A stretch of DNA of 63,699 nt, filler included, from Euprymna scolopes (GCA_053919585.1; 5 parts of 5 records of this genome joined end to end with filler, not necessarily neighbours in it); one strand, 5' to 3'. Shown: positions 24,461 through 39,242, numbered from the whole stretch's first letter. Notes: generated by a model not told the origin, from the letters alone. Numbers and translations: made by a program.

Positions 24461-25201
24461 AGCAGTCTTTATAAATAATATGAAAGAAGAAATTTTGAAA
24501 AAAAAAAAAATTTAACATTTTAGCGTGGTTGATAATTTTTCTATATAAATTTAATGTAAAATGAGCACCCACTTTTTGGCCACAAAGCGTTCAACCAGTC
24601 ATGTCATCTCTAGCATTTTTTCAAGTTAGGCAATCGAGGGGGGGGATAAAACATGACAAATACAAACATTTTTAGTTTTTTGTGGTGGGGGGGGGCGGGA
24701 ATTACATTTGAAACATAAAATAACGATAAATTTAATTAATTTTTATGAAACCATTCTGTACTTTAACCTAACAATTTTATAAACAGAACGAACCCCAAAA
24801 TATGACAAATTCAATTTTGGGGGGGAGGGATTACATTAGAAATATAAAATGACGAAAATGTCATTTAATTGCTTTTTTTTTTTTTTTTGCGATCGCACGG
24901 GCATTCACTGCTATTTTTATTGAAACAAAAGTTGTAATGATTTAATTTTTATTATCTTTTCTTTCAGTGCTCAATATCCAGAGAATAGTTTCTTCTCTTT
25001 TTAGTCTTTCTGCCGAAATATCTGGTGGAGAGGGTATCACATACTTCTTTTTTGGGGCGATTACATTTACATGTTTTCATCTGTTCTTTTATTTTTGTTG
25101 TGGGAGTATCCACGTTGCCCATGATGAAAATGATTAGTATACCAGTGTGTTTCAAACAGAACTTCATGTCAACCCAGGCAACGCTGGGTACCCATGCTAG
25201 T

Positions 25202-26348
25202 ATATATATAAAGTAGTAGCAGTCATGTGTATGTGTGTCTGTGCATACAATTCTCCTACAGTCCACACCACTACGTCGATCATACCCAAACCTGGTATGA
25301 TGATTGTTTCCCACCTAGGGATGGTGCACACTATTTTTCAAGGTTAAGATCAAAGGTGAAGGTCATAGCCTATGTATATATACACTCCTACATCCCACCC
25401 CACTGGACCGATCATGATCAATCCTGGCATGATGATGGTCCCCCACATATGGAGTGTGACACCATTTTCCAAGGTAAAGGTCAAAGGTCAAGGTATAGTC
25501 TATGTATATATACTCTCCTACAGCCCACACCACTGGACTAATCATGACTAAACCTGACATGAATATGGTTTCTGGCCTAGGAATGGTTCACACCATTTTT
25601 CAAGATCAATGTCAAAAGTTAAGGTCATATTTGGTGCAGCTTTTCATAAACTCCCCACCTAGGAATGGTGCACACCAAGTTGGTGTTCACTACCATTCTG
25701 AGGGGCTGCCACCATGGCTCCAGCCAACTTCTTTATGAATTTGAATCAGATCACCTTCTTCCGCCCTCATCCCTTCAATCAATTATAATGAAATTTGGCA
25801 TGATAGTGGTCCCCAATATAGGCAAAATTTATTGCACTGTATCTATTAACATTGACTTTCCAAAATAACACTGCCAAAAACAATGTAACGGATCATAATG
25901 GATTCTTTCTTCTTTAGATGCATATAATTCTTTTGAAAAATTTAAGATGTAACTTTTCCCTTTCAGATACGCATTAAAGATGCCACCCGGACGAAACAGA
26001 AACAAAACTGAGGATTCGCAAGATTAGAATCTAATAGACTAAGAGTTGCTGCCATTCGCTAAAGCGCAGGTATCTTTGCTATATCTTTGATAAAAAATAT
26101 GTTAACCATTGCGATTCTTTGCAATTGTTTCAATTTTTACGTGTCATAATATAAGTGTCAACTCTGATATGACCTATATACTTTAAAGTTCAAAGTTGGA
26201 TTTCACTCACTTCAGGAAGTAGTTAAAAATGCTAAACACCTTAAGCAATAGTTACTCTTACAACGTTCACTTACTGTAAGGGTGCCCACAAAGCAGGTAC
26301 CCTAGCGTACAGCAAAGTCCCATCCAAAGCGCAGTTATCTTTGCTAGT
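25202..26348 (+). mobile_element. Non-autonomous Helitron-like element with internal ~120-bp repeats
   Basis: Follows another Helitron 3' end (cccaggcaacgctggg..gctagt, ~25173-25201); repeated cacaccattttcaaggtcaaaggtca units; ends aaagcgcagttatctttgCTAGT. Confidence 0.55.
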
Positions 26349-27383
26349 ATATATATTTTTTATTTCTGTTTTATTATTTCTGTTGTTTCTGAATACGAAA
26401 TAGCGCATGTGGGGACCATGAATTCATTGACGCATTTACTAATCTTCTATACAATTGTTTCATTATTTGCGCCTGAGTTTGATGTTTTGTTAGATTTTAT
26501 TTTTTTTGTAGTTGCTCTTGCTAAGGCTCTGTCGTAGGAATCACTTCCAATTAAGTCACCAGAAGTTCTGCATATAGTGCAATAATTCTGGGTTTGTTGT
26601 TTCTAATAATATTCCCATTACAAGTTTCCTGTCGTTCTTAGCGTCTCTCATTATAAACGAGACGCTCTTATAATCTAAGAATTGTACCAGTATTTAAAAA
26701 ATTTCAGCATTTCTTTCGTGATATGTTCCTTTTTCCGCGTCTATATTTGATTCAATAATATATAAGAATTTTGCGAACGAAGATATGATAAAAAAAAAAA
26801 AAATTATCTCCCATAATTCAAAGTTTTCTTTGTCTTCCTTAAAATAAAGTCAATTTCAGCTGGGAGCATAACTTGTTGAGTTTAATTAATGAATGTCCAT
26901 TATAGTTTGTTGAATCATTCATTGTTGGATGTTCGGAAGTAAAATGAAATACAAAAATCGATCAAATAAAGGAAAGCATCAAAGCACACGTGAAACAATC
27001 AAATTTTATTCTGGAACTATTCATTTCACAATTAGAAAAATTGGCACTGCAAAAAAACAAAAACAAAACAAAACAAAACAAAAAAACATTAGCATTAGCA
27101 GCAATAACTATGTATGTATATGTCCACATAAACAGGCTCATATAACATTATCATAGACTAGCGGGGGGGGGGTACCCAGCATTACCCTGTTTTTTTGAAG
27201 GTGTGTTTGTAAGGGAGGGGGGTAAAGTAAAGAATAACCCTCTTTAAAAATAAAAATATAAATAAAAATGATGTTAAAATTCTTTAAAAAAGTCGGCAAA
27301 ACAAAAACAAACAAAACAGCGAACAAATGTAAAACTTCTTTAAAAATGAAATCGGAAAAACAGAAAGAATAAATCAGGGGAAT

Positions 27384-27925
27384 ATTTTTTTTTATTATTT
27401 ACACAGTGATCACCACTTATCAAGGCCCGGAAGCCACTCAGGGATGAGGGTTATTGCAAGTACATTACGTTAGTGTGGAGATTTGATGAAGTGTTTACTT
27501 AAGGGGGCGGTTCATTAGGAATTTGTTAACATTGGACTTGAAGACATCCAAGTTGTAGTCCAGTGGGAAGCAGGCAGACGGAACAGAGTTCCACAGGCGT
27601 GCAGTTCTAAGAAAGAAGCTTTGTTCATGGAATCCGCGTTTTGATTTAGGCACAGATATAGAGTGGGGGAAAATTTTTCACAGTGGATTCAGCTAGACGG
27701 GTGTTTTTCGTGAAAGATTGGCGAGGGGGGACCAGAGATTGGAGTTCAGACGAGCACCTGCCATGGAAATAACGATAAAACAAGGATAGGCTCGCAACGT
27801 CTCTTCTGTGGGAGAGAGGTTGCAGGGTAGAGAAAAGGGCATCCCCCACTAAGCCACAAAGTCTATTTTGTACTCTGTCAAGGCAGGATAGGCTGTTTTT
27901 TGCAGCTCCTGCCCAGATATGACAA
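27384..27925 (-). mobile_element. 5'-truncated LINE family A copy
   Basis: CHIWAGAAKNSLSCLDRVQNRL...; nearly identical to 63045-63581; poly(T) at the left end. Confidence 0.92.
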
Positions 27926-27968
27926 ATGATGGACGTGTTTGGAAGAACAAAACCAAAAAAACACAGCG

Positions 27969-28140
27969 AAAAGCGAAAAAAAAAATGGCATAAATAACCC
28001 TTCGATTTGGTTAACTTCATGGTGCGTTTCACCCGGTCAATTCCAGTTTTTTAATCAACTACAAAATGAAAAAAAGCGGAAAAAAATGGCATAAATAACC
28101 CTTCGATTCGGTTAACTCCCTGTTGCGTTTCATCCAGTAG
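27969..28140. repeat. ~102-bp tandem duplication
   Basis: aaaagcg.aaaaaaaatggcataaataacccttcgatt.ggttaact occurs at ~27970 and ~28072. Confidence 0.8.
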
Positions 28141-28519
28141 AATTAAAATTTCATTCCACTTTTTTGAAGCACCTACGAAGTAAAGAAAACCCAAACCGGC
28201 ATTCCTTCATAACTGTCTCTTGTAGACGATCCTGCAACGGTGTTAAGTGGTGGCGGGCGAAGGAGGAATCTATTAGAGAGAAAAGATTTTACCACTTCCA
28301 TTGATCTTAACCGATTTTGGCCGTGAACTCTCAGCAGATAGAATATAGGAATCTACGATTATCGAGGAAGTTGATAGGTAATAGGCCTATAACACACCTC
28401 AGGTATTGTGCTACAGTTTGTGCAGGTTACATTTGCATTAAATGTCTTGATTTTTAATCCTATTAAGGTCAAAATCAGAGGGGAAAAATGTTCATTTAAG
28501 GGATAGCAGCAGCAGCAAT

Positions 28520-28605
28520 GAGGTAACGTTGTTTAAGTGGTTAATGTGACGGGCTGACACCCCAGGTGTGCCAAATTTGAATCCAGTTCATTCCACAGAA
28601 ACATT
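28520..28605 (+). mobile_element. Degenerate tRNA-derived SINE (same family as 7285-7380)
   Basis: Shared gaatccagttcattccacagaaaca tail; A-box-like aagtggttaa. Confidence 0.45.
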
Positions 28606-29518
28606 TTCACTTAGGGGTGTTGCCAAACTTCATGTAAACAGGGAAGTGGATAGGAGAGATGTGCTAGGGGTGCCCAACCACCTGCCCCTTTTACTCCTGT
28701 TTTAAAAGTACCATTTTCAGAGGCTTGTGTCCCACCGAAACGGTGTTCATTACTATATCTTTGCCGTTTTTTTTTTTTTTTTTTTTCACTTGAGCACTTG
28801 CCCTGAAAAAATTCTCTGCACGTCACTGCTCGTAAGTACCTGATGTCTTTCTAGAAAGTTTCTAACTGGAAATATATCAGGGAAACGAATGCCAACAATA
28901 ATTAACTGATTCATTTGAAATCAATGATCGCCAACAATAACAGCAGCAGCAACAACAACAGCAGGTTTCGACTTAAAGAAATAGCAATAGGTTTAACAAA
29001 AAATTATCCCCACAGTTTATATTTATTGAGAATTTGATCACTCTCAAACAATTTTTTTTATTTAATGTTTTTTAAAATCTTCCGTTACTGGTTATATTGA
29101 CCAGCAAATCTTCAGATTATGAAAAACATTTTAGTTTTTCATTACTGCACCATTTTTAAATCGACGTTCAATTTTTTTTTTTTTTATATAAAAAATGAAT
29201 CCATGTCACACTTGAAATTCTGAAAAAGTATTTATGCACAGGATTATCTGACTAAAGATTGGTCAAGTATAGAAACCATACATTTACATATAATACGTGT
29301 AGACCCTGCTTAAAATTAAACTTATAATTCATGATATAAAGGAAAGTTGTAGTTCTACCTGCTTATGCCCGTGCATTCAGCTAAAATGCAGAAACAACCA
29401 AAGATAGAACATTTTAAGTTACAGATTCAAATTCAGTATCAACAGCCTGAGCAGGTTAGGATAAAATAAATATAATACATATTTGTTTGAAATGACCCAT
29501 AATCAAATTAGTATCTGC

Positions 29519-29963
29519 TAGTGATAGGATGATTCCAATATTATTTCCCGATTCAAATACAATTACCAATTTCGTGCTAAATTCTCGATTCTGATACAAT
29601 TACCGATTCCGATTCTTTATAAATCCCTAATTATTTAACTATAAGATTGTTATTTTCCCCGATTTTCGTAAAAACACATATTATATATGTAGATATTTCC
29701 CTAAACATCAAAATACACTAGTGGGGAGTGATCTATCGATTTTAGCTTTACTGGTAATTTAAAATCAATAAATATTTATTATTTTATCATTATTACCAGC
29801 AATGGAAGATTTTACTTTAAACAAAATCAAATAAAAAAAATAAACAATTAAAAGAATCATTTTGGCATCGGAAAATAGGCATCAATTTCCTGATTCCGAT
29901 ACCCCCAAATCTTCCGATTTTTCCGATTCCCGATTTCGATTCCTATTAATCGTCCCAACAGTA
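29519..29963. mobile_element. hAT-like MITE
   Basis: Imperfect 16-bp TIRs TAGTGATAGGATGATT / AATCGTCCCAACAGTA; 8-bp TSD GTATCTGC/GTATCTGG; many subterminal CCGATT motifs. Confidence 0.7.
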
Positions 29964-30220
29964 GTATCTGGGTTGAGGAAGAAAAAAATGACTCATTTTT
30001 ACTGATAGTTGTTCAAAAAAGAGCAGTAAAACTAGTTCAAACAGACGACTGCTGCTAATTTTTTCTTTCTTTATATTGAACCAGTTGCTAAAAAGTGCTT
30101 ATAAGAGAGAGGGAGAGAAAGAGAGGGAGAGAGAGAGAGTGATAACGGGAGAGAGAGAGATTGTTTGCCAAAGTTACATATTCAGGTTTAGTAATCGATA
30201 GTATTGAATAGCGTTCTGAA

Positions 30221-30244
30221 TCTATATATCTATAAAAGTGAAAT

Positions 30245-30301
<57 letters not shown>

Positions 30302-30730
30302 ATTTCCCCTATCAAACTACTCTGTCAATTTTCAGTCTGAAGACTCGAGATTTGACATAAGGGGTATTAAGATTTGGGAAAATATTTTTAATCAGTTTTT
30401 TGTCCAGAAATTTGGCTGTCAAGGGGTCAAAGTTCAACGTTTTGACCTTTGAAAACTCTAAAAGGGTCAAAGTTCAAAAGATTTGACATTTGTGGTCTCT
30501 AGAAAACTATTCAACCAATTTTGAGTCTAAATATTTTAAATTTTACTTAAAGGGTATTCAGACATGTACCAAGCTTTTTAATAAGTTTTAGGGCGAAAAT
30601 TTGGCTGCTAAGAGGTCAAATTTGAAAGAGTTGTCGTTTGCAGACTCTACTGAACACCTCAGCCAATTTTTGGTCTAAACATTTGAAATTTTAGATGTAG
30701 GTTACCTGGACATGAGTCAAACATTTTAAT
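30221..30730 (+). mobile_element. Helitron-like 5' region with (GT)n and degenerate internal repeats
   Basis: A|TCTATATATCTATAAAAGTG start, (GT)n, and repeated caattttg.gtctaaa.att..aaatttt blocks. Confidence 0.5.
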
Positions 30731-31559
30731 ATATATATACATATGCACATAAAGTTATGAACAGAACAAAGGACCCGATCAAACAAATAAATCAGTGCAT
30801 TCGCCCTATTATTACATAGTGATGAATGGAATATAGAATTACTTGGTATTCAAGCTTGTGGTAGAGTGTTAACGATCAAAAATCGAAACAAACTCACGAC
30901 AAGGAACTTAACTTATAAAATGCAAGGCCACAAATAAGCGGTTTAACAAGAAAAAAATCCGTTTGACGTTGGCGGCTTCGAGCTGGGTTCTTTAATGTGA
31001 CAAAGACATGTTGGAAAATTAATGTTTTTAGTGAGGTTTGGAAATCATTTTCAATTTCAAACGGCCAAGTATTTTATGGGTAAAACTGTAGATTAACCCC
31101 TCCCCCATACATAAAAACAGATTCTAATTTTTTTAGGTGTTTACATATGAATGCACTAAAAATTTGTCGAAAAATTATTTTAAAATTTTGAGTGGGGTAA
31201 TAGTTTCGTACTACTAAACCGAATAGCAAGATCGTAAAATCACATAATCGCTAAAAAGTAGCCCCTACCCCCTCAAAAATGACCCACATAATTTACCTTC
31301 AATAGATATTTTAATTTTTTGGTTAACTGCCGTAAACCCTATAACGACTTCGAAGTAGGATCATCACGTTAAATTTATATGCGAAACTGATCCCCCACTC
31401 TAAATTCAAAAATAATAAAAATTATTTTTTTCTTTTCGCTAAGTTATTCACGGTGTTCACAGAGGTAATCGCCTAAAAAAACAGTAGAATCTCATTTTTT
31501 TTTTAGATGTGGGATGAAAGTGTTATCGGTGGGTGTTAATCTACAACGCACACACACAG

Positions 31560-31619
<60 letters not shown>

Positions 31620-32706
31620 TTATTTTATTACCGTTTTATCTGTTTAGTTACACATGTTTTTATCACCGAATCGTATTAACGATCCAGCAACTTCGTCNNN
31701 NNNNNNNNNNNNNNNNNNNNNNNNNNNNNNNNNNNNNNNNNNNNNNNNNNNNNNNNNNNNNNNNNNNNNNNNNNNNNNNNNNNNNNNNNNNNNNNNNNNN
31801 NNNNNNNNNNNNNNNNNNNNNNNNNNNNNNNNNNNNNNNNNNNNNNNNNNNTGCCCGGTCCCTATGTACTGTTCATAAGGTTATGTGCATGCATATATTA
31901 AAAAGTGTGAATATGTAAAGTAATGCCTTTTTCACTTTTATCGATAGATAGATATATAGATAGATAGATTGGGTGCAATATATAGTAAATATTATTTAAA
32001 AATTATAAAAAAAAAATTTAAAAAAGACTCATGCGCCATCACCGAGAATCAAAACCAAAACGTTCAACTCAAGATTCAGTTTGCCTGTGCCGTAAACGAC
32101 TGGGCTATGAAAACATGTTTACTGCAAGGCTAAAAATTAAAACATGAACCAATAGCTACTATGTTATGCATTCGTAATGCTGGTGTTCGAACTTCACCTG
32201 GCAAATTTCATTTTTTTTTAATTTTCACACTTTTGCACAGATTTTTCCGGGCTAAAACCCAAATATAAAGTTTTGCATGGATTCAAATACCTTATATATG
32301 AAGTTTCATGTCTGTAGACCAAAAACTCTAGGAGGAGTTTGGTAGGCAAAATTTGTTAAACAAAAATATATACGTATACATAAATATATATGGAAACAAT
32401 TTTGTGTTTACTATAAACTTTTTACGCAAATATTATGCAAGTATAAATCATATAGAATATCTGCATGAATATAATTACACGTAATAGTTAACTGAAGATG
32501 ATCATCCCATTAGAAAAACGAAGCAACTAATAGGGAATTAATTAAAATGAATGGTTTAAAGAATATGCAAATTAGCTAGATCTTTTGCTAGTGAATACAA
32601 TTCCAAAACCCATATATAAGAAAATTGTATTTTCTGTGTAAATAAGTAAAAAATAGGGATTTTAATAGGATTATCAATACACACAAAAGAAAAATGAATT
32701 TATAGG

Positions 32707-32759
<53 letters not shown>

Positions 32760-32764
<5 letters not shown>

Positions 32765-33702
32765 GGTAGCACATCTAAGACAATACACGACCAAGTTCTC
32801 TCTGATTCTCTCTCCTCTGATCTTGAGCACATAGTACAATGGGGAAAGGAGTGGCTGGTTACTTTTAATGCCTCTAAAACCAAGCTTCTCTCTTTACATC
32901 ATAAACATTCTGATCCACAGCTGGCATCAATTAAAATGAATGGCTCTCGTCTTCAGGAGGCCTCAAGTTTTGACAAGCTTCTGGGCTTGACCATTACTCC
33001 TGATCTTAAATGGAACACATACATCAAATCTGTTGCCAAGGCCGCTGGAAAAATGGTGGGATCTTTCTGTCGATCCAGTAGATATTTCACTGCTGATGCA
33101 ATTCTCTATCTATATAAGAGCCAGGTACGTCCAAGGATGGAATACTGTTGCCACATCTGGGCAGGAGCTGCTAGAAAGGACTTGTCCTGCCTTGATAGAG
33201 TTAAAAATAGACTTCGTAGCCTCGTAGGAGATGTCCTTTTCTCTTCCCTGCAACCTCCATCTCACAGAAGAGATGTTGCGAGTTTGTCTCTGCTTTATCG
33301 TTATTTTCATGGAAAGTATTCGACTGAGCTTCAGTCTATGGTCCCCCCTCGCCTAACTTTCACAAGAAACACTCGTCTAGCTGTACACACTATCAATAAT
33401 TCCCCCCACTCTTTATCTGTGCCTAAACCTAAACGTAGATTCCATGAACAAAGCTTCTTTCTTAGAACTGCACGCCTGTGGAATTGTCTTCCGTTTTTCT
33501 GCTTTCCGGCTGACTACAATGTGTTTGTGTTCAAGTCTGATGTAAATAAGTTCTTGATGAGCCGTTCCATATAAGTTATCAAATTTACCAAATTTTCATT
33601 ACTAATGATTACTATATTGTCCAATTTCTACTGTACACTCTTTAACCCTTATCCTTGAGTGGCCTCTTGGCCTTGATAAGTTGTGATGCCTATGTAAAAA
33701 AA
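32760..33702 (+). mobile_element. 5'-truncated LINE family A copy next to (TA)n
   Basis: ORF 32936-33574 encodes the RT C-terminus (LGLTITPDLKWNTYI, MEYCCHIWAGA); 3' UTR and A-tail present. Confidence 0.93.
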
Positions 33703-34939
33703 ATATATATATATATATATTCATGTTAGGTTTAAATGACACACATGTTGATTATTACTTCGTGACCATGTAGATTCGGAAATAATTTTTAAGTCTTTAA
33801 ACTGCCGTAATTTCAGGCTTGCCTAAATTACAAACATCTAGTTGGCAAAACAAATGAGTAAGTGAATCAAGTCAGTAGCAAACGGTGTTCTGTCAGGTTC
33901 GATTCCTGATATAATATCAGTGCTATTAAACTTCATTTGTAATATAATTTCCTATGCTAGTTTCAGTTTCCCACATTTATTAATTTATATTTATTAAATT
34001 GTTAAGTTAAAGTGCAGATTAGTTAACAAAGTATTCTTCCTAATGTTAAGAATTGCTTTCTAATTACTTATTTTTGTAAAATAAATTATTTAGAATAACA
34101 AATATTTGAAAAATATTTTCCTTTAAAGCCATTCTTAAAATAGGGAGGAGGTTTTGTTAACTATTCTGTATTTTCACTTAAAAATTTAATAAAAATTAGT
34201 TAAAAACTTCTCAAACCAGAAGAGTAAGCAACCCAAAACAGGGAATGATCTTTAACATCAGGAACTGAATCAGACAAAACACCGTTTGCTGCATTTGAGT
34301 CGCTTATTTTTCGGGGGGGGGGGGGGTCCGGTCAAGTATTATGGTTCCTCTGTGCTTTTAAAAATAAGACATGATTTTGTTTTTCACGCGCCCCTGTTGA
34401 ATATTTAGGAATCAAACGCTATGTTGTTTAAAATGGTTAAAAAGAAAATAATAATGCAAATTATTTATTGTCTTTGTTTTAAATACAAAAATTAATTTTC
34501 AAATTAAGTATTTTAGTGCTATAATTATAATTATGTAAATGGTGTTGTCACGTCTAGTATGTACGCGTGTTTTTCTCACCTAGACGTGACCTACATGTTT
34601 TTTTTTTTTTATTAATTGATAATTTATTGAAGATCCAATGGCGTAAAATACTAAACCGGGCTTTAAAAATTCTATTAAAAATAGAATATAATTACAGAAT
34701 AAAATCTTTCAGAATGCATTTTGTTTTATTTGTTTGTTTTTTTTCGTAAAAAGTCATTCATCTTGTTGATTTTTGAAGAAAAAAAATGAATTATGGATTT
34801 GAAATTTGAAAGGAATTTGTAAGCATTTAAACTGTCGAATAGAAAGTAATTTTTAGGGCTTTAAAATTCTTAGCAAATCCTTATGTATTAAAAGAATGAC
34901 CGTTTTGGACGCTACTACTTACATCTAATAAATTAGTTT

Positions 34940-36736
34940 TATGATAATTCTGAGTTAATCTCGTTAGCATCAGACAAAGCCAAACTCTTTGCCGAGAACT
35001 TTGCAGATAATTCTACCCTTTGCGACCAAGGCCGCCAACTCCCAATATTTCCTCCTGTATCAGAAAACACGCTATGTGATATACAAATATCTGTATGTGA
35101 TGTTGCCAAGCTAATCAAAAACCTTGATTCCAGCAACCGGCCCTGACGGTATTCCAATTATAGTACTCAAAAAACTTCAACAAGAACTAGTGCCCATACC
35201 TACAAAACTGTTTAAATGTTGTCTTAAAGAGAATTGCTTCCCATCACCCTGGAAAATCTCATCAGTATGCCCTGTATTTAAGAATTCAGGTGATCGTTCA
35301 TCCCCCTCTCAGTACAGGCCAATAAGTCTCCTGTGCGTCATGAGTAAGTTGCTGGAATCTGTGTTAAATAGAGAAGCAATCAACTATCTCAGCAAAAATA
35401 ACCTTCTTAGTGACACACAATATGGTTTCCGGTCTGCTAGATCTACAGCAGATGTGCTAATGGTTATATCTCATAGGATTAGCGAATCTCTCGACAGAGG
35501 CAACCTTTCTAGGGCAATTGCTCTTGACATATCAAAAGCCTTTGATAGGGTATGGCATAAAGGTTTACTTCACAAGATCTCCAGCTATGGTATAGCTGGA
35601 AATGTCTTCTCAATTATTAAATCATTTCTCTCTGATAGGTTCATAAGAGTAGTAGTTGATGGGCAAAAATCAGAAGCTCACAGTATTAATGCTGGAGTCT
35701 CTCAGGGGTCCATCCTGGGCTCAACTCTTTTCCTGATCTACATTAATGATCTTCCAAATCACATCCTTACATCATTTGTAGACATTTTTGTTGACGGCAC
35801 TACCATCTATGGTAGCACATCTAAGACAATAAACGACCAAGTTCTCTCTGATTCTCTCTCCTCTGATCTTGAGCATGTAGTACAATGGGGAAAGGAGTGG
35901 CTGGTTACTTTTAATGCATCTAAAACCAAGCTTCTATCTTTACATCATCAACTTTCTGATCCCCATCTGGCATCAATTAAAATGAATGGCTCTCGTCTTG
36001 GGGAGGCCTCAAGTTTTGACAGGCTTCTGGGCTTGACCTTTACTCCTGATCTTAAATGGAATACGTACATCAAATCTGTTGCCAAGGCCGCTGGAAAAAT
36101 GGTCGGATCCTTCTATCGATCCAGTAGATATCTCACTACTGATGCAATTCTCTATCTATATAAGAGCCAGATACGTCTGAGGATGGAATACTGTTGCCAC
36201 ATATGGAGCTGCTAGAAAAGACTTGTCCTGCCTTGATAGGGTTCAAAATAGACTTCATGGCCTGGTGGGAGATGTCCTTTTCTCTTCGCTGCAACCTCTA
36301 TCTCACAGAAGAGATATTGCGAGTTTGTCTCTGCTTTATCGTTATTTTCATGGAAAGTGTTTGACTGAGCTTCAATCTATGGTCCCCCCTCGCCAAACTT
36401 TCACGAGAAACACTCGTCTAGCTGAAAACACTATCAATAATTCCCCCCCACTCTTTATCTGTGCCTAAACCTAAACATAGATTCCATGAACAAAGCTTCT
36501 TTCTCTGTGGAATTGTCTTCCGTTTTCCTGCTTTCCAACTGTCTATAATATGGTTGTCTTCAAGTCTAACGTGAACAAGTTTCTGATGAGCCGTTCCACT
36601 TAAGTTAACAAATTTACCGAACTTTCATTACTATCGATTACTGTATTGTCCTTTTGACTACTGTGCACTCTTTAACCCTCGTCCTTGAGTGGCCTATCGG
36701 CCTTAATAAGTGGTGACGCCTATGTAAAAAAAAAAA
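34940..36736 (+). mobile_element. 5'-truncated LINE family A copy with full RT domain (frameshifted)
   Basis: ATGPDGIP, YRPISLL, QYGFRSARST, ALDISKAFDRVWH, GVSQGSILG, IFVDG (FADD mutated); A-tail at ~36726. Confidence 0.95.
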
Positions 36737-37361
36737 AAGAAGAAATTGTCTCATTCAGACAGTCTCAATTAATAAGTTAATGACAAAACAATGTTATTAT
36801 ATCTACTAATTAAATTTGATTAAATTTTACTTTCAAAATCCTATTAAAAAATAATAATAAATAAATAAACAACGAAAAAAAAAAAAAAACGGAACGAAAC
36901 CAAAATGAAAGTAAAAGAACTCCCGGACAACACTAACAGTCTTCATCACCACTTTTATTTATTTTTTTTTTTTGCCTTGGCGCTTTTAATTTTTTTTAGC
37001 GCATTTTTGTTTTGTTTTGTTTTGTTTTTTCAGTATAATTTTTTGCAGCTACAAGTGTCACCATGTTGCTTGTAGCAGTGTGGACTGTGGAGTGTAGTTG
37101 ATTATTTTTTTCTTTTCAGTTTGGTAACGTTGCTTCTTCTAGTACCCCGAAGTCTAGTACCAAAAAGCATTGTTTCGCTGCAGCTGATTCTGGCACTATC
37201 ACTACTACTGCGGTTGAAACTCAGACTGATACTGCAGTTGATACTGGGGTGCTTTTTTGGGTATTTTTACCCACGATTTGTTTATAGCATTTCTTATGGA
37301 TATTTTTTGTTTGTTTGTTTATATAAATGTGTGTATGTGTGTGTATGTGTGTGTGTTTGTG

Positions 37362-37400
<39 letters not shown>

Positions 37401-39242
37401 AATTATAAATCATGTCGCTACGCTAGAAAATTCCATTGTGCCTTTTTGTTTCTATACCCAATATTCCACATTCCTATATAAATTTAATATAAAATGATCA
37501 CCCTTTTCTTGGCCATTACCATTTTCCAGAAACTTAACGAAGAAAAAAAATGTGTAACTAATTTTTTTTTTTGGGGGGGGGGGATATTATTGATCTCATA
37601 TATTTTCGTTGTGTTTTGTTTTGATTTTTTTTAATAGATGTCCAAAATACAGAAACGCGTGAAAGTAATATAATTAGGTTTATGGTTTTGTTTCAACAGT
37701 TCGGTTCATTAAAACATCGCTAGAAACAATGCTCACAATGAACCCTGAACTCACTAACTTACCAATGCAACAGAAACTGGCGAACGGGTGCAGCTAGTTA
37801 ATGTCGCTATGTCACTTGTATAGCTTGTGTGGGCAATGATTAACTTTTTAAAGGAAAAAAAAAATGTGTAGAAAATTAAAAACCTTCAAAAATAGCAAAT
37901 GTAAAAAATGTAAAAACTACATACAAACATACACATAAAATCTCTTGTCGACGATTAATTTCTTCCCCCTCCCATGAAATTAGTTAGTACATAATAACAT
38001 TAAAACTATTGTTTTTATCACCTGCATGCTATTCTGTCTGGAAATTAGTGATGGTCTTTTGTCAGGAAATGGGTGATCACTTTACGTTAAATTTACTTAC
38101 GAAAATGATCCTGTTTCCACTCTAAGATATGCCTTGAAAAAATAAATAAATAAATAAAAGAAAAAAAAATCGAATTTTCTAGCCACATCTTCAGTAAGTG
38201 AATCAGTATCAGTCATGAATAAAAACTTATTTTCTTACACAAAGAACTGCCCCTGCTAGGTGATTTGGTTACACAATCAGCTTGCAGAGCACATTGATTT
38301 CATATTTTCCCTGAAGGACTATTTAAATCTCTTGGAGAATCATGGTCAGTCAGCAGGAGTGTAGAATTAAAGGTAAAATCTCATTCTAATATTCAAAACA
38401 ACTTCATTGGGTCGTCTTCCTGAACATGTCAGTAAAAGAGAGGTGGAATGTGTCTATGAGTACGAACGAAAACAAGAGGATAGAAAGTTCATGTGGCGTT
38501 AAATAAATGCCCTGCTATTGGGAAAGAGAGAAGAGTTCATATATGAAGAATAGGTTGAAAGTCCTGTTTGTATGAAAAGAAAAGAGTTCATATATGAAGA
38601 ATGTTTGGCGCTTCTACACTATTAGGACAAAATTTTGTAGTCGATAAATGGAGTTTTCAGACAAAAACAATGGGTTTTACTTTTTTTTTTTTTGTCAATT
38701 CTAATAAATGATAGCTTACAAATTATGCCATTTTTTAATTTTTAAATTACCTGAATATTACTGAATTATTAAAAAAACAAAAACTTTAGTTGATATTAGC
38801 AGGTAAAAAATTACGGTCATCTTGTTTAAATCGAAACGGAAAATTATCTCCCTTTTGAACTCTCCTGTGTTTTACAATCGTTTTCTTCAAATTCTATTTT
38901 TATTTTCTTTGATAAATAATTTTCTACCTTATCGATTTTCGTAATTTTTGGGTATAATCATCTTAAAAATATGAGGAATATGTAGATTTTGTCCTAATAG
39001 TATAAAAACGCAGAATGTTTTTACGCACACAGGTGTGGAAGTTAAGCTATGTCTATGTGTGTATGTAGGCACATGTGTGTTACATTGTATAGTGTGTTGG
39101 CCGTAGATATGTTAGAATTTTTGAAGCTTGTTGTTGAGGCCCAGAGCTAGATGGACCGGGGGTTGCATCCCAAAAGAGAAGTTTGGAGTTTGAAAGAAAT
39201 GCTGTGGAATGAGTCGGCTCTCTGTGTGGTCTCCTAGCCAGA

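Noticed and set aside
25250-25700. Regularly spaced repeats resembling a CRISPR array
   Set aside because: Whole units including the spacers are homologous, the context is eukaryotic, and there are no cas genes
32488-32530. CTGAAGA...GAAAAAC hammerhead-like motif
   Set aside because: No convincing stems I-III or NUH site
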